This document shows positions 1-11,559 of a DNA stretch of 64,000 bases, in pieces. The DNA comes from Octopus sinensis. Lineage: Eukaryota. The DNA lies in assembly GCF_006345805.1 (NCBI RefSeq), contig NC_043018.1, positions 1,488,001 to 1,552,000 of the forward strand, written 5' to 3'. The notes below the pieces were generated by a model. It did not search any database and was not told the origin of the DNA. It worked only from the letters and a program-made list of their open reading frames with translations. Both the position numbers and the translations under genes were made by a program. The stretch's first letter is position 1. The number at the start of each line of letters is the position of its first letter.

Positions 1-326
1 GAATGTTGTAGGTTAGGGTTAGGGGGTGTTGGGAGGGTATCTTTTTTCTTCCCAAATATAAATAAACCCAATCTGTTTCTTAAACGAGAGACATATTCAT
101 ACGGCACAGAACGTTTTTTTTTTTACCTCAATGGACGTATTTGATTGGTTGAAATTGCAGAAATTGAAGAAAAAAACAACAAATATCTTACAAACTATAG
201 AATTTTCTCAATAAGGCCAAGAGCAAAAGATGTTTTATAAACACATTCTACCAGTATACGAAGTTTAAAATTTTTTAGTTACCTAGAAATTATGTTAAAA
301 ACTGCCGTTCAAACCGAATAGATCCC
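1..326 (-). mobile_element. Truncated non-autonomous interspersed repeat with degenerate TTAGGG motifs (possibly Helentron/HINE-like)
   Basis: GGTTAGGGTTAGGG at 11-24 inside a non-coding repeat-like segment ending at ...gaatagatccc (326). Class inferred from similar elements, not proven. Confidence 0.35.
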
Positions 327-957
327 AAAACAAATTCTGGGCATTTCTAAGCTTTACTTGTCATCGTCTTATCGCAACATTTTGTCTTATTTCTACTAAC
401 ATTTTCTCATTTTTTTCATAAATATTTTCTTAACGAAATACATCATTTGATTCCACATACGTCTTGCTACAGCACCACACCAATTCAGCCACTCTTTTCA
501 AATGTGCTATCTTCATCGAAAACAGAAAACAGTTTTCTTATGTTTCTTATGTTTCCTTTGTGCTTCTGGAAACAATTCGCATTAATCTTCCATTATTCTT
601 TCCAAGATATTTTCGGAGTCCTACAGCGAAAATTATATAATAGTTCTCTTGATGCATAAATCCACATAACTTTCTGTAGTTTCATGGTATCTATAATATT
701 TATGTGTCACATTCTGGTGTATTCAGAATGCAGTAATTATAATTCCTATTTTCCCTGTCTAGTCGTTCTAATTCACTTAGCGTCCAATTGAGAATATTAT
801 ACATATAAATTATTACAGGGACAGCTAGAGTATCGATACCTATTACCGTATGTATTTATTTATTTTATTATTATTTTGCTTTTTTGCATTTAGCACTGCT
901 TAAGTATTAATATCATGCGTCAATAATGTTTCTTCCTAATTTTTTTCTCTTTTTTAG

Positions 958-1016
958 GTGTGTTTGTTCTAATATGTCTAGTTCATTGGTGCTTGCGTTT
1001 TGGAGCAATTCTCTAA
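958..1016 (+). CDS. Candidate hydrophobic (TM/GPI-tail-like) exon
   Basis: Long pyrimidine tract plus AG acceptor at 957; phase-1 frame reads (G)VFVLICLVHWCLRFGAIL*. No matching partner exon established. Confidence 0.2.
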
Positions 1017-1045
1017 GCTCTGTTTCTTTATTTAATAAGCAATTA

Positions 1046-1055
1046 TGTACTACAT

Positions 1056-1100
<45 letters not shown>

Positions 1101-1138
1101 AAAACTACTACTACTACTACTAAAACTACTACTACTAC

Positions 1139-1170
<32 letters not shown>

Positions 1171-1328
1171 ACGAGACTGGTCATGCTGATGATAGTGGTG
1201 ATGATATGAATAACGATAATAATAATATAATAATAATAATAATAATGGTAATAATAATAATGGTAATATAATGATAATAATGGTAATATAATAATAATAA
1301 TAATAATAATAAAATAATAATAAGAATG

Positions 1329-1368
<40 letters not shown>

Positions 1369-1394
1369 TAATAATAATGATGATGATGATGATG

Positions 1395-1451
<57 letters not shown>

Positions 1452-1452
1452 G
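1046..1452. repeat. Compound trinucleotide microsatellite (TAC)n/(TAG)n/(TAA)n/(TGA)n
   Basis: Directly visible; source of the poly-Y/L/I ORFs. Confidence 0.95.
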
Positions 1453-1454
1453 CA

Positions 1455-1980
1455 ATTAGAAAGTAAGATGGAACATGAACATAGTAAAGTACTAGAAAGT
1501 AAGAAATACAAGATGTTGTGGGACTTAAATACTCAGACAGACAGCTTAATAAAATCTACAAGGCCTGATTTAGTAGTAATAGAGAGAGAATAGAAAGTTC
1601 CAGATAATTGACATTTTACAGTTCCAAAATGATGAAAAAAACTAATGAGAGCTATAGAAAACATTGGGCCTAGCCTTTGAATTATAGAGACTATAGAAGG
1701 CATGGGTCAAATGTATCCCAGTAGTTATAGGCGCTCTGGGAACTATCCTTAAATATCTGAACAGATGGATAGAAGAAATTGGCATAAAACCCAGTTTAGT
1801 GCAACTTCACAAAAACAGTTTTATTAGGAACGGCTAGGATACTTGGGAGGGTTCTTAGCATGTAAGGTTTCTTTCTGTAACCCAATAGGAAGATTGTTGG
1901 TATCCAAGGCTATTTGTTGCAGCCTGATGTTAAAATTCTTTTACTTTTCCAACTGTCGAATCGGTTAAGTGAATATGAAA
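1455..1980 (+). mobile_element. R4/Dong-clade non-LTR retrotransposon 3' fragment (restriction-like endonuclease domain plus 3' UTR), degenerate
   Basis: Translates with frameshifts to YKMLWDLNTQTDSLIKSTRPDLVVIE...PVVIGALGTI...LLGTARILGRVL, the typical RLE C-terminus; flanked by TAA-type repeats. Confidence 0.75.
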
Positions 1981-2009
1981 ATAGTAATAACAACAACAAT
2001 AACAATTAA

Positions 2010-2972
2010 CACCCCAAAAGCGATACTAAAAGACTGTATGAGTTTAGGAACATGGGAGAAAGAGGTCTCATAGGATGCAAGATTCGTGGTGTCAACGAAA
2101 AGAACAGTCTGGGTTGGTACATCACACAGCAGAGTGAATCCTTGCTTGCCGCTTTTAAAATTCAGAATAAAATGCCTTCCGAAAATGTGACGCAGCCACA
2201 ATCGTTTAGGGAGCCAGATGAAGAAGAAAGAATAAACAATTGGAAAATGATATCAAAGCATGGATAATATCTCAGAGAAATCGAATTAAAACACTAGACT
2301 AACACTTAGAGACTGATAAGAAAAAGCGACCTGAATTGATGCACAGATGCATTGATATGCAGCGCCCTTGAACAAGCTCTGAGTACTAATTACACCAAGT
2401 TCCAAACAGATACAAGTAACGAATCGCACCTTTGTAGGATGTGTTGCAGCAGAAACGAAACAATCTCAGAAATTGTGAGTGTAGCAAGTTGGCTCAAAAG
2501 CACGCGAAAAGGATGTGCCGTGACGTGATTAAGTTCGTCCAGTGGAGGCTATGTGAAAAGTACGGCCTGAACAGAGCACGGAAATAGTGCACACAGGAAC
2601 CAGAAGAAGTAACCGAAAACAAGGAATATAAAATGTTGTGGCATTTTACAAGGCTCGGAGACTAGATAATGTTGTGGTAGATAAAGGGAAAAAGGAAACC
2701 ATGATTATAGATATTGCAATACCTGGGAATGCACGCATTAGTGACTAAGAACTAGAATAGAGTGAAAAGTACAGACTATAAAAAGACAAAAATGCAAGAA
2801 TGTGGACTATGAGGAGAGCGTCTGACATCCCACTAGTTATAGGGGGACTCGGAACATTAACAACGAATTTCGAGAAATATCTAAGAGAAATGAGAATTGA
2901 CAATGAGAACAGAGCAAGCCCAATAAACTGCTCTGCTGGGGACAGCTCCAACAAAGCCCTTGATAAAGAGAA
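2010..2972 (+). mobile_element. R4/Dong-clade non-LTR retrotransposon 3' fragment (end of RT, CCHC finger, RLE), degenerate
   Basis: HPKSDTKRLYEFRNMGERGLIGC (RLY..R..GGRGL motif), CRMC....ETI (CCHC finger, ~2434), IIDIAIPG and PLVIGGLGT; followed by (TAA)n. Confidence 0.85.
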
Positions 2973-3028
<56 letters not shown>

Positions 3029-3069
3029 TAATAATGATAATAATAATAATAATATAATAATAATGATAA

Positions 3070-3100
<31 letters not shown>

Positions 3101-3241
3101 AATGATAATATATAATAATAATAATGATAATAATAATAATATAATAAGGATAATAATAATAACAATAATAATAATAATAATAATAACATGATATAATAAT
3201 AATAATAATAAACAATAATAATAATAATAATAATATAATAT

Positions 3242-3278
<37 letters not shown>

Positions 3279-3311
3279 TAAATAATAATAATAATAATAA
3301 TAATAATAAGA
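2973..3311. repeat. (TAA)n microsatellite, imperfect
   Basis: Directly visible. Confidence 0.95.
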
Positions 3312-3467
3312 GAAATGGAGAAACTTTCAAAATACAAAGACCTGGAAATAGAGGTAACTCGATTGTGGAATCTAAAAACAGAAGCAATTCTTATAATAGG
3401 GCGCATTAGGTATGATAAAAAATATGCAGACAAATACATAACAAAAACACTAGGACAAAGAAATATA

Positions 3468-3500
<33 letters not shown>

Positions 3501-3600
3501 ACATAGAGAAAATTGCACTACTGGGCACTGCACATATCCTACGCAAAACACTCTCAATACAGTAACCATCAAAGAATCACAACAAACCACAAACTACTGA
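3312..3600 (+). mobile_element. R4/Dong-like LINE extreme 3' fragment, interrupted by (TA)n
   Basis: EKLSKYKDLEIEVTRLWNLKTE... then KIALLGTAHILRKTLSIQ*; (TAA)n on both sides. Confidence 0.8.
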
Positions 3601-3962
3601 ATAATAATAATAACAATAATAATAATAATAATAATAATAAAAACTAATAATAATAACAATGTGAAGCGGAAGAAGACGAAAAAGAAGAGGAAGAAGAAGA
3701 AGAAGACGAAGAAGACGAAGAAGAAGACGAAGAAGAAGAAGAAGAAGACGAAGAAGAAGAAGAAGAGAAGAGAAGAAGAAGAAGAAGAGACAACGAAGAA
3801 GACGAAGAAGAAGAAGAAGAAGAAGGACAAGACGAAGAAGAAGAAGGAAGCGAAAGAGAGGAGGAGAAGAAGAAGAAGAAGAAGAAGAGAAGAAGAAAGA
3901 GAAGAAGAAGAAAAAGAAGAAGGTGAAGAAGAAGAAGAAGAAAAGATAGAAGATGAAGAAGA
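3601..3962. repeat. (TAA)n followed by purine-rich (GAA/GAC)n mosaic
   Basis: Directly visible. Confidence 0.9.
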
Positions 3963-4239
3963 ATGTTCTGTAGCTGCTGATCACAAGTATTATCTTCTCC
4001 ACGTTTGCATCTGAGGTGTTTTGATGCTTCACTGTCACGTTTGTTAATTAGATACATATTATCTTGTCTGCACTTTTATAGGAAAACATAGAAATAATGA
4101 ATCTTGTCAAGTAGAAAGTTTACGAAGCTGAAGTGATCTGAAAACACGCCAAACCAGACGGATGCTCTAAACATTTGCATGGATATATGTTTACAGATGA
4201 AGTCATGAATGAGAGCATAATCACGAGTGATTTTCTTAG

Positions 4240-4310
4240 GTCATAAAAAGGAGGCCTCGATATCGCAACACCTTCTACAGACAGATCAGACAGTTTATGT
4301 CCCTGTATAG
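4240..4310 (+). CDS. Candidate terminal exon ending TVYVPV*
   Basis: ttttcttag acceptor; phase-1 frame (G)HKKEASISQHLLQTDQTVYVPV*; weak similarity to 48728-48810. Confidence 0.2.
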
Positions 4311-4912
4311 TAGAAGGAACATATTCTACTCAAATGAAAAATTACAATAAAATTACAGTTACTTAATTGAGGAAAGAGATATTCACCAGATATATTCGTC
4401 ATAATAAATTTTATCTTCCCCAACTAGAAAATGCCATCTTTGACTAATAATACCAGTGGCCGCTGATTGCTTTCCTTCTCCATTATCCTGACTCCAGACA
4501 TTGATACAGACATTGAAATAATATTTAAAGAAATATTCCTTTCACGGGAATAATATTTTCAGCTTAATATTTTCTACGACCTTATGTATTGTTTCTAAAG
4601 AAGAAGTAGTGACGATCTAATAAGCCTTACTTACGATAAGATCTTTCACAACAAATAAATACATTCCAGTAAAACTGACGTTTTCCCTCGCAAAACCTTA
4701 CACGCTATTGGCAGTCATTACGTGCAACGACAAAGTTTTACCGGGGAAATTTATGACAACTTGGTACAAGCCTAATCACGTGCATCTAAATTAAAATGTT
4801 GATGTTGCCTGTAAACATTTAAGATATACATGCATGCAGGTATATGTGCTTGTGAATGTGTGTTTGCGTATTTGTGTGTGTGCGCGCTTGTTTGCATATT
4901 ATATATATATAT

Positions 4913-5130
4913 TCTTTTACTCATTTACTTGTTTCAGTCATTTGACTGCGGCCATGTTGGAGCACCGCCTTTAATCGAGCAACTCGACCCCGGGACTTAT
5001 TCTTTTCTAAGCGCTGTACTTATTCTATCGGTCTCTTTAGCCGAACCGCTAAGTGACGGGGACATAAACACACCAGCATCGGTTGTCAAGCAATGCTAGG
5101 GGGACAAACACAGACACACAAACACGCACA

Positions 5131-5172
<42 letters not shown>

Positions 5173-5345
5173 TACATATATACGACGGGCTTCTTTTAGT
5201 TTCCGTCTAGCAAATCCACTCACAAGGCTTTGGTCAGCCCGCGACTATAATAGAAGACGCTTGCCCAAGGTGCCACGCAGTGGGATTGAACCCGGAACCA
5301 TGTGGTTGGTAAACAAGCTACTTACCACACAGCCACTCCTGCACC
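4913..5345 (-). mobile_element. tRNA-derived SINE, family A (head ggcgtaggagtggctgtgtgg, internal (TA/CA)n)
   Basis: Reverse complement of the full-length copy at 55103-55499. Confidence 0.9.
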
Positions 5346-5354
5346 TATATTTAT

Positions 5355-5388
<34 letters not shown>

Positions 5389-5410
5389 TATATAATATAT
5401 ATATATATAT

Positions 5411-5510
<100 letters not shown>

Positions 5511-6195
5511 CTTCGTTTTATTCAGCTGTTTAAGATTTTAAAGAAAAGCTACTTTTGTTGCCCCACAACATTTGCAGCGAAATTATTATAGTAATTGTGT
5601 GCTTTACTTTGCTGTTCACCGTGTTTCAAAATCTACTTTTCACGTTCTACATCTTTAAATGTTTTAGCAATTCTTTAGGGCGCTTTTTTTAACCATTCCA
5701 TCGTCTTTAATGTTTTATAAACTTGAATATCTTAAAAAAAAAAACAACGGAAGGGCTCGTTATTTCACGTTACTGCGATTACTGCTACTACAATTATCAA
5801 TACAATTGGAAGCACCTCCCTCTGTACACTGAACGGCCATCTTGCACTGGCGATAGACAATATATATATATGGGCGATAGATAATATATGTGCGTGTGTC
5901 TGTGTGTGTATGTGTGTGTGTGTGTGTGTATGTGTGTGTGTCTGTGTGTGTCTGTGTGTTTATATATGATGCAGCACAAAGTTTTGTAAGTGAATATGTC
6001 GCAGCTTCAAAGCGAAGATACTTTGACACAAATTAAATTTAAATGTTGAAGTAAATCTAACGGATTTTTGTGTGTTCTTAAATGGCTGACAAACATCTTC
6101 CGTGTTTCAACATTTTTGGTATATATATATTGGTCCAGGCCATGTCTAACTTAATAGCACCACCTGATAGGATTATTCGAATCCTGTTTAAGTTA

Positions 6196-6660
6196 AGTTT
6201 TGTTCAAGTAGTGAGTTCTTGTTGGGTGAGTTGTATCCAGTTTTGTTCAAGTAGTGAGTTCTTGTTGGGTGAGTTGTATCCAGTTTTGTTCAAGTAGTGA
6301 GTTCTAGTTGGGTGAGTTGTATCCAATTATGGGTGGCTTATCTGGTATTCTTTGAAGGAATCTATCTAGACTCCGTTTAAAGTTGATGGGATCCTTTTCC
6401 TCTTTGATCTCCCTCGGGACAATGTTAAATAGGGCAGGCCCTGTTGAGGAAAAGAAATTATGTTGCAGTGTACATGTATGTTGTGATCTTGAATTGGGCA
6501 GGGGACGTATGGCCCGTGGTCCCACTCTTGGATGAACCTTGAAGCTAATGTTTAGGTCGTTTGGGCAAAGTTGGCGGTATATTTTCCACATCGTACAAAT
6601 GATGTACCGCTCACGGCGACGCTGGAGGGAGTAAAGTTTCAAGGCTTTAAGGCGATCCCA

Positions 6661-6665
<5 letters not shown>
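6196..6665 (-). mobile_element. CR1/L2-superclade LINE 3' end
   Basis: WDRLKALKLYSLQRRRERY...GPALFNIVP...FKRSLDRFLQRIPDKP matches the CR1-type RT C-terminus; ends in a 3x43 bp repeat. Confidence 0.8.
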
Positions 6666-6702
<37 letters not shown>

Positions 6703-6705
<3 letters not shown>

Positions 6706-7087
6706 GAGGCGCAATGGCCCAGTGGTTAGGGCAGCGGACTCGCGGTCATAGGATCGCGGTTTCGATACCTAGACCGGGCGTTGTGAGTGTTTATTGAGCG
6801 AAAACACCTAAAGCTCCACGCGGTTCCGGCAGGGGATGGTGGTGATCCCTGCTGAACGCTTTCACCACAACTTTCTCTCACTCTTACTTCCTGTTTCTGT
6901 TGTACCTGTATTTCAAAGGGCCGGCCTTGTCACTCTCTGTGTCACGCTGAATATCCCCGAAAACTACGTTAAGGGTACACGTGTCTGTGGAGTGCTCAGC
7001 CACTTACACGTTAATTTCACGAGGAGGCTGTCCCGTTGATTCGGATCAACCGGAACTCTCGTCGTCGTAACCGACGGAGTGCTTCCA
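6703..7087 (+). mobile_element. tRNA(Arg)-like SINE, family B, full length
   Basis: A-box TGGCCCAGTGG, anticodon-like ggactcgcgg, B-box-like GGTTTCGATACC; near-identical inverted copy at 7566-7951. Confidence 0.9.
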
Positions 7088-7147
7088 TCCATATATATAT
7101 ATATATATATTATAATATATATATATATATATATATACACTTAAGCG

Positions 7148-7542
7148 CTCTTTCACCTCTTGTATTCATTTCAGTCATGAGACTGTGGCCATGCCAGGGC
7201 AATAAATTCAATTACATTTTGTCGAATGTGTCGACCACAGAACTTGATCTTTCAAAGCCACGTGCATATTTTATCGCTCATTTTAAAGCTCATCTACGGA
7301 GACGAAAACACACCAGCACCGATTGTCGGATATTGGTAGGGAATACACACCTACAAATATACACATATAAACATAAATATATATGGCGGACTTCTTTCAG
7401 TTTCCGCCTGGCAAATCTACTCACAATGCTTTGTTCGGCCGGGGCCCAAACTAGAGAAAACTTGCCCAAGCTGCCACGCACCATGACTGAACCCGGATTT
7501 ATGCGGTTTGGATGCAAACTTCTTTCCACACAACCACTCCTG
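7148..7542 (-). mobile_element. SINE family A, degenerate
   Basis: Head and tail match 55103-55499. Confidence 0.8.
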
Positions 7543-7565
7543 ATTTGTATGTAGATTAGGGGGGG

Positions 7566-7951
7566 GGAGCACTCCGTCGGCTACGACGATGAGGGTTCCG
7601 GTTGATCCGATCAACGGAACAGCCTCCTCGTGAAATTAACGTGTAAGTGGCTGAGCACTCCACAGACACGTGTACCCTTAACGTAGTTCTCGGAGATATT
7701 CAGCGTGACACAGAGAGTGACAAGGCCGGCCCTTTTGAAATACAGGTACAACAGAAACAGGAAGTAAGAGTGAGAGAAAGTTGTGGTGAAAGAGTACAAC
7801 AGGGATCACCACGACCCCCTGCCGGAGCATCGTGGAGCTTTTTTTAGGTGTTTTCGCTCAATAAACACTCACAACGCCCGGTCTGGGAATCGAAACCGCG
7901 ATCCTATGACCACGAGTCCGCTGCCCTAACACTGGGCCATTGCGCCTCCAC
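7566..7951 (-). mobile_element. SINE family B, full length
   Basis: Reverse complement of 6703-7087. Confidence 0.9.
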
Positions 7952-8344
7952 GTATGTATATACACATACATACATACACACATACATACACACATACAAG
8001 CGCACGCTCACATACATACACATACGTACATGCACATAGACAGGCGACTAAAGACACAGATATATACGTTATTGTTATTGGAAATGTTTCAAGAGCAAGA
8101 AGCCTCCTTAATCGGGTAATGGAATGGAATCTCATAAACCCGAGTGACTTCTGTCGGTATATCTACAAAACATGTCATTTAATAAAATAATCCATTTAAA
8201 CATTATTTTTCTTTGCCTAAATCTGATATAGATGTGTATTCATTTGAACGTTCAGTAATTATTACAAAGAATATTAAATCGATAATCAATAAGAAATTCA
8301 AATTTGGATAACACTTGCCTAAGGCAATTCTATAAAGGATGTAT

Positions 8345-8701
8345 ATATTGTGTCGCCAATATTAGAATTGTTCAATTCATAGGAACATCGGAATTCAGGT
8401 AAAACTGTATTTTAAGAATGCAATAATTCCAACAACATATAAGACAGGATAGAAGTAAAGCTGGTTCCATGGTTCGATCATATGTTTTATTTTTGGTCCT
8501 AAAATATAAAACTTCAAATAATTGTTTGTGCGTGAGTATGTGTCAGTGTCTAGATGTACATATTTATATGGTTTTCGTATTAGTGGCCTCAAGCAATTTT
8601 CTTCAGTTATAGTGGGGCCCCGCCTACTGGAGTTTATCAGCCACAATATTTATGTGAATGGTGATATGAATTAAGCGATTCTAATATTGGCGACACAATA
8701 T
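8345..8701. mobile_element. Putative MITE with ~37 bp terminal inverted repeats
   Basis: ATATTGTGTCGCCAATATTAGAAT (8345-8368) is the exact reverse complement of 8678-8701 and extends ~13 bp inward with mismatches. Confidence 0.5.
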
Positions 8702-9010
8702 TGCTGCTTTGTACATTTAATACAGTGATGAACTTTCCCCAGCCGCCAGCATAATTGCCGTAAGGTGGTATAAACATATCTGAAGGCACGCAAACATATA
8801 TATGTATATGTGTATGTATGTGTGTATATATGTGTGTATGTATGTAAGTATGTATGTATGTATATTTCTTTGTATGTACGTATATGTGAGAAGTGAATTC
8901 GCACAATCCACCTTAGGAAATTGTTTCTGCCCTTAAACGCCTTACACAATATCGGTGTGAAAACGTAACTTACATACATTACATCATATGTATATATACA
9001 TACATAATAT

Positions 9011-9043
<33 letters not shown>

Positions 9044-9375
9044 GCATACATACATATGTATATAGAGATAGATAGATAGATAGATAAATAGACACACGTA
9101 CACGCACAAACACACACACAAAAGAGTTATATGTTATATATTCACGTGTATATATATATATATGTATGTATAGTTAAATATTTCTCCATCTATCAATCTA
9201 TTGGTTCATTTATCTATCTAGCTATCAGGTTGAGACCTACAAGGTGTTTTAAGCCTCTTGGTAATTCGTGTCGATAGAATATTTTCGTCTTGGTTCGATA
9301 TAAATAAAAGCTCAGGCACGCGCACACAAATAGACACACACACATGTACATATGTGTTATATTTATGTATGTATG

Positions 9376-9438
<63 letters not shown>

Positions 9439-9439
9439 A

Positions 9440-10720
9440 TATCAGGTGGTGTAGGAAAAAAACGATGTATTTGTTAAACCCTCGGGAAGTGAAAAACTCT
9501 TTAACGTTTCAAGACTACTCTTTTCCACAGAAAGGAACACACAAAGAAACAGGGAGAGAAAATGAAGAATGTGTAGTGGCTAGTGATCTATGAATGCGAA
9601 TGCCGAAAGGAGGTGCCATACAGGATAGCTAGGAAGAATGGAACATAATAAAGTAGTGGTGATCCTAAGGAAGGAAATAATATGTAGAACACAGAAGATT
9701 TGTTTTAAAAGGCTAAAGAATATATTAGAATCATGCAAATAAAAGTATTAAACAATATTGTACAACATAATAACCGGTTTCGTTATCGCTTTTCAAATTA
9801 TGAGTTTGGGATGAATTTCTGAATTACATGTTTTGTTTGCTTCGGGGAATAATTAGGTACCAAAATATTTTACTGTAAAGGAGAGGTAAATGCGTATTTC
9901 ATTTTATATTGGTCTACATTTGATTCTTACAATAGTTGGAGTAAATCTTTTAATTTTCAAGTTGGGTTTATATTTAATTCCGTCGTATATTTTTTCGATA
10001 AATGGGGTCACTTTATTTAATCGTACTTGCGTTGAGGTCCAAACATCAAATTAATATAATAGGAAGATTAGGAATTGTGTTCACTGAGATATATCTAGCG
10101 ATATTGTGGGGAGTTATCTGTTGTTTGTGGACCGTATATTTCCGTCTGATCGTCATATCTGTTTTATGGCAGCCCGATCACGTGATAACATAAATGGTGT
10201 TTTCAGAGGCGCATATGAAGATGGATTTAAATTTGAATATTTACACCTGTCTAAAATAGAATCCTGATCATTTCCAAAATATTTGGGACGGCCACAATTT
10301 TACCTCTTGCGTCCGTTATCCTTCAAAAAATTTAGAATTTGTGAGGATTTCCTTTAATGTATTTGTTTGTTTACTGCGTTTAATGATTTTATGGTTACGT
10401 AGAATTTCTTTAAATCTGGGGTACTTATGGAGAACTGGGAGATTTTGGACAATGCTTCTTTGTTTCTGGGTTTGTATGTAAAGACATAAGGTGGTGCTTT
10501 CAGGGTGGGTGTGTTATTGTGTTCTAATATCCTTAAAGTTTTCATGTCAATCGATTTTGCACGTTTAATCCCTTCATTTATGAGTTGATTTAGGTAGTGT
10601 CTCTCCTGGAGTAGGTTTTGAAACTGTTGCAATCTTAATTCTCTGGAGCTTTAAAACTAATCTTCTCTGTATTTTCATCTTATTTCTTTCCGTATATATT
10701 TAACCACGTGTAATCACCCA
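9440..10720 (-). mobile_element. Penelope-like element, 5'-truncated and degenerate (RT C-terminus, GIY-YIG relic, 3' end with HHR-like motif)
   Basis: LLQERHYLNQLINEGIKRAKSID (PLE RT tail); CASENTIYVIT...HKQQI (GIY-YIG-like); 3' region homologous to 36090-36250 and 56590-56760; abuts (TA)n. Confidence 0.75.
9499..9534 (-). ncRNA. Degenerate minimal hammerhead-like motif (core CUGUGGA)
   Basis: cttt-CTGTGGA-aaagagtagtctt-GAAACGT-T-aaag; stem I cttt/aaag; stem II decayed. Confidence 0.3.
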
Positions 10721-10744
10721 CCATATTTTCTATCATATATATAT

Positions 10745-10974
10745 GTTTCTTTATTACCCACAAGGGGCTAAACATAGAGGGGACAAACAAGGACGGACAA
10801 ACGGATTAAGTCGATTACATCGACTCCAGTGCGTAACTGGTACTTAATTTATCGACCCCAAAAGGATGAAAGGCAAAGTCGACCTCGGCGGAATTTGAAC
10901 TCAGAACGTAGCGACGGGCGAAATACGGCTACGCATTTCGCCCGGCGTGCTAACGTCTCTGCCAACTCGCCGCC
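10745..10974 (-). mobile_element. SINE family C (head ggcggcgagctggcagaa; core gtcgactttgcctttcatcctttcggggtcgat)
   Basis: Matches the TSD-flanked copy at 29557-29789. Confidence 0.9.
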
Positions 10975-11045
10975 ATTATATATATATATATATACATACA
11001 CGCACACACACATACGTAAACACACACACACGCTCAAGCACACAC

Positions 11046-11120
<75 letters not shown>

Positions 11121-11125
<5 letters not shown>

Positions 11126-11467
11126 AATCAGGAATGGCCATAATAGGCCATTCACCCACTAGAAATAACAGCCAAAGCTTCAACCGCAAAATAACATCAA
11201 TTCCGCAAACCAGGAGAAAATTAAAAAAAACATTTACCCTGTAATTTACAGGGTAAATGTTTTTTTAATTTTTTAATTTTCTCCTGGTTTGCGGAATTGA
11301 TGTTTTATTTGCGGTTGAAGCTTTGGCTGTTATTTCTAGTGGGTGAATGGCCTATTATGGCCATTCCTTGATTGTGATGTTGACTTATAAATGGTCTATG
11401 ACTATTTAATTTTTTCCCACTAGGCCGCTGGTGGCAAATAAATTCTAGACGAATTTTTTGCCACCCT
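11121..11467. mobile_element. Short Tc1/mariner-like MITE (TA-YAGGGT ends, ~11247-11467) with an inverted partial copy forming a 258 bp palindrome
   Basis: Arms 11121-11244 and 11246-11378 with a 1-nt centre; element ends tacagggt...accctata. Confidence 0.65.
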
Positions 11468-11559
11468 ATATTGATTAATTATATATATATATATATTATA
11501 TATATAATATATATATATCCAAACTGAACGAATTGTGTATTTAAATAAGTGGGCTGCTA

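Noticed and set aside
11-24. Telomere or interstitial telomeric array
   Set aside because: Only about two TTAGGG units, embedded in an interspersed repeat.
6703-6780. tRNA-Arg-like sequence (and other SINE heads)
   Set aside because: Continues into SINE body and recurs in many copies; not a tRNA gene.
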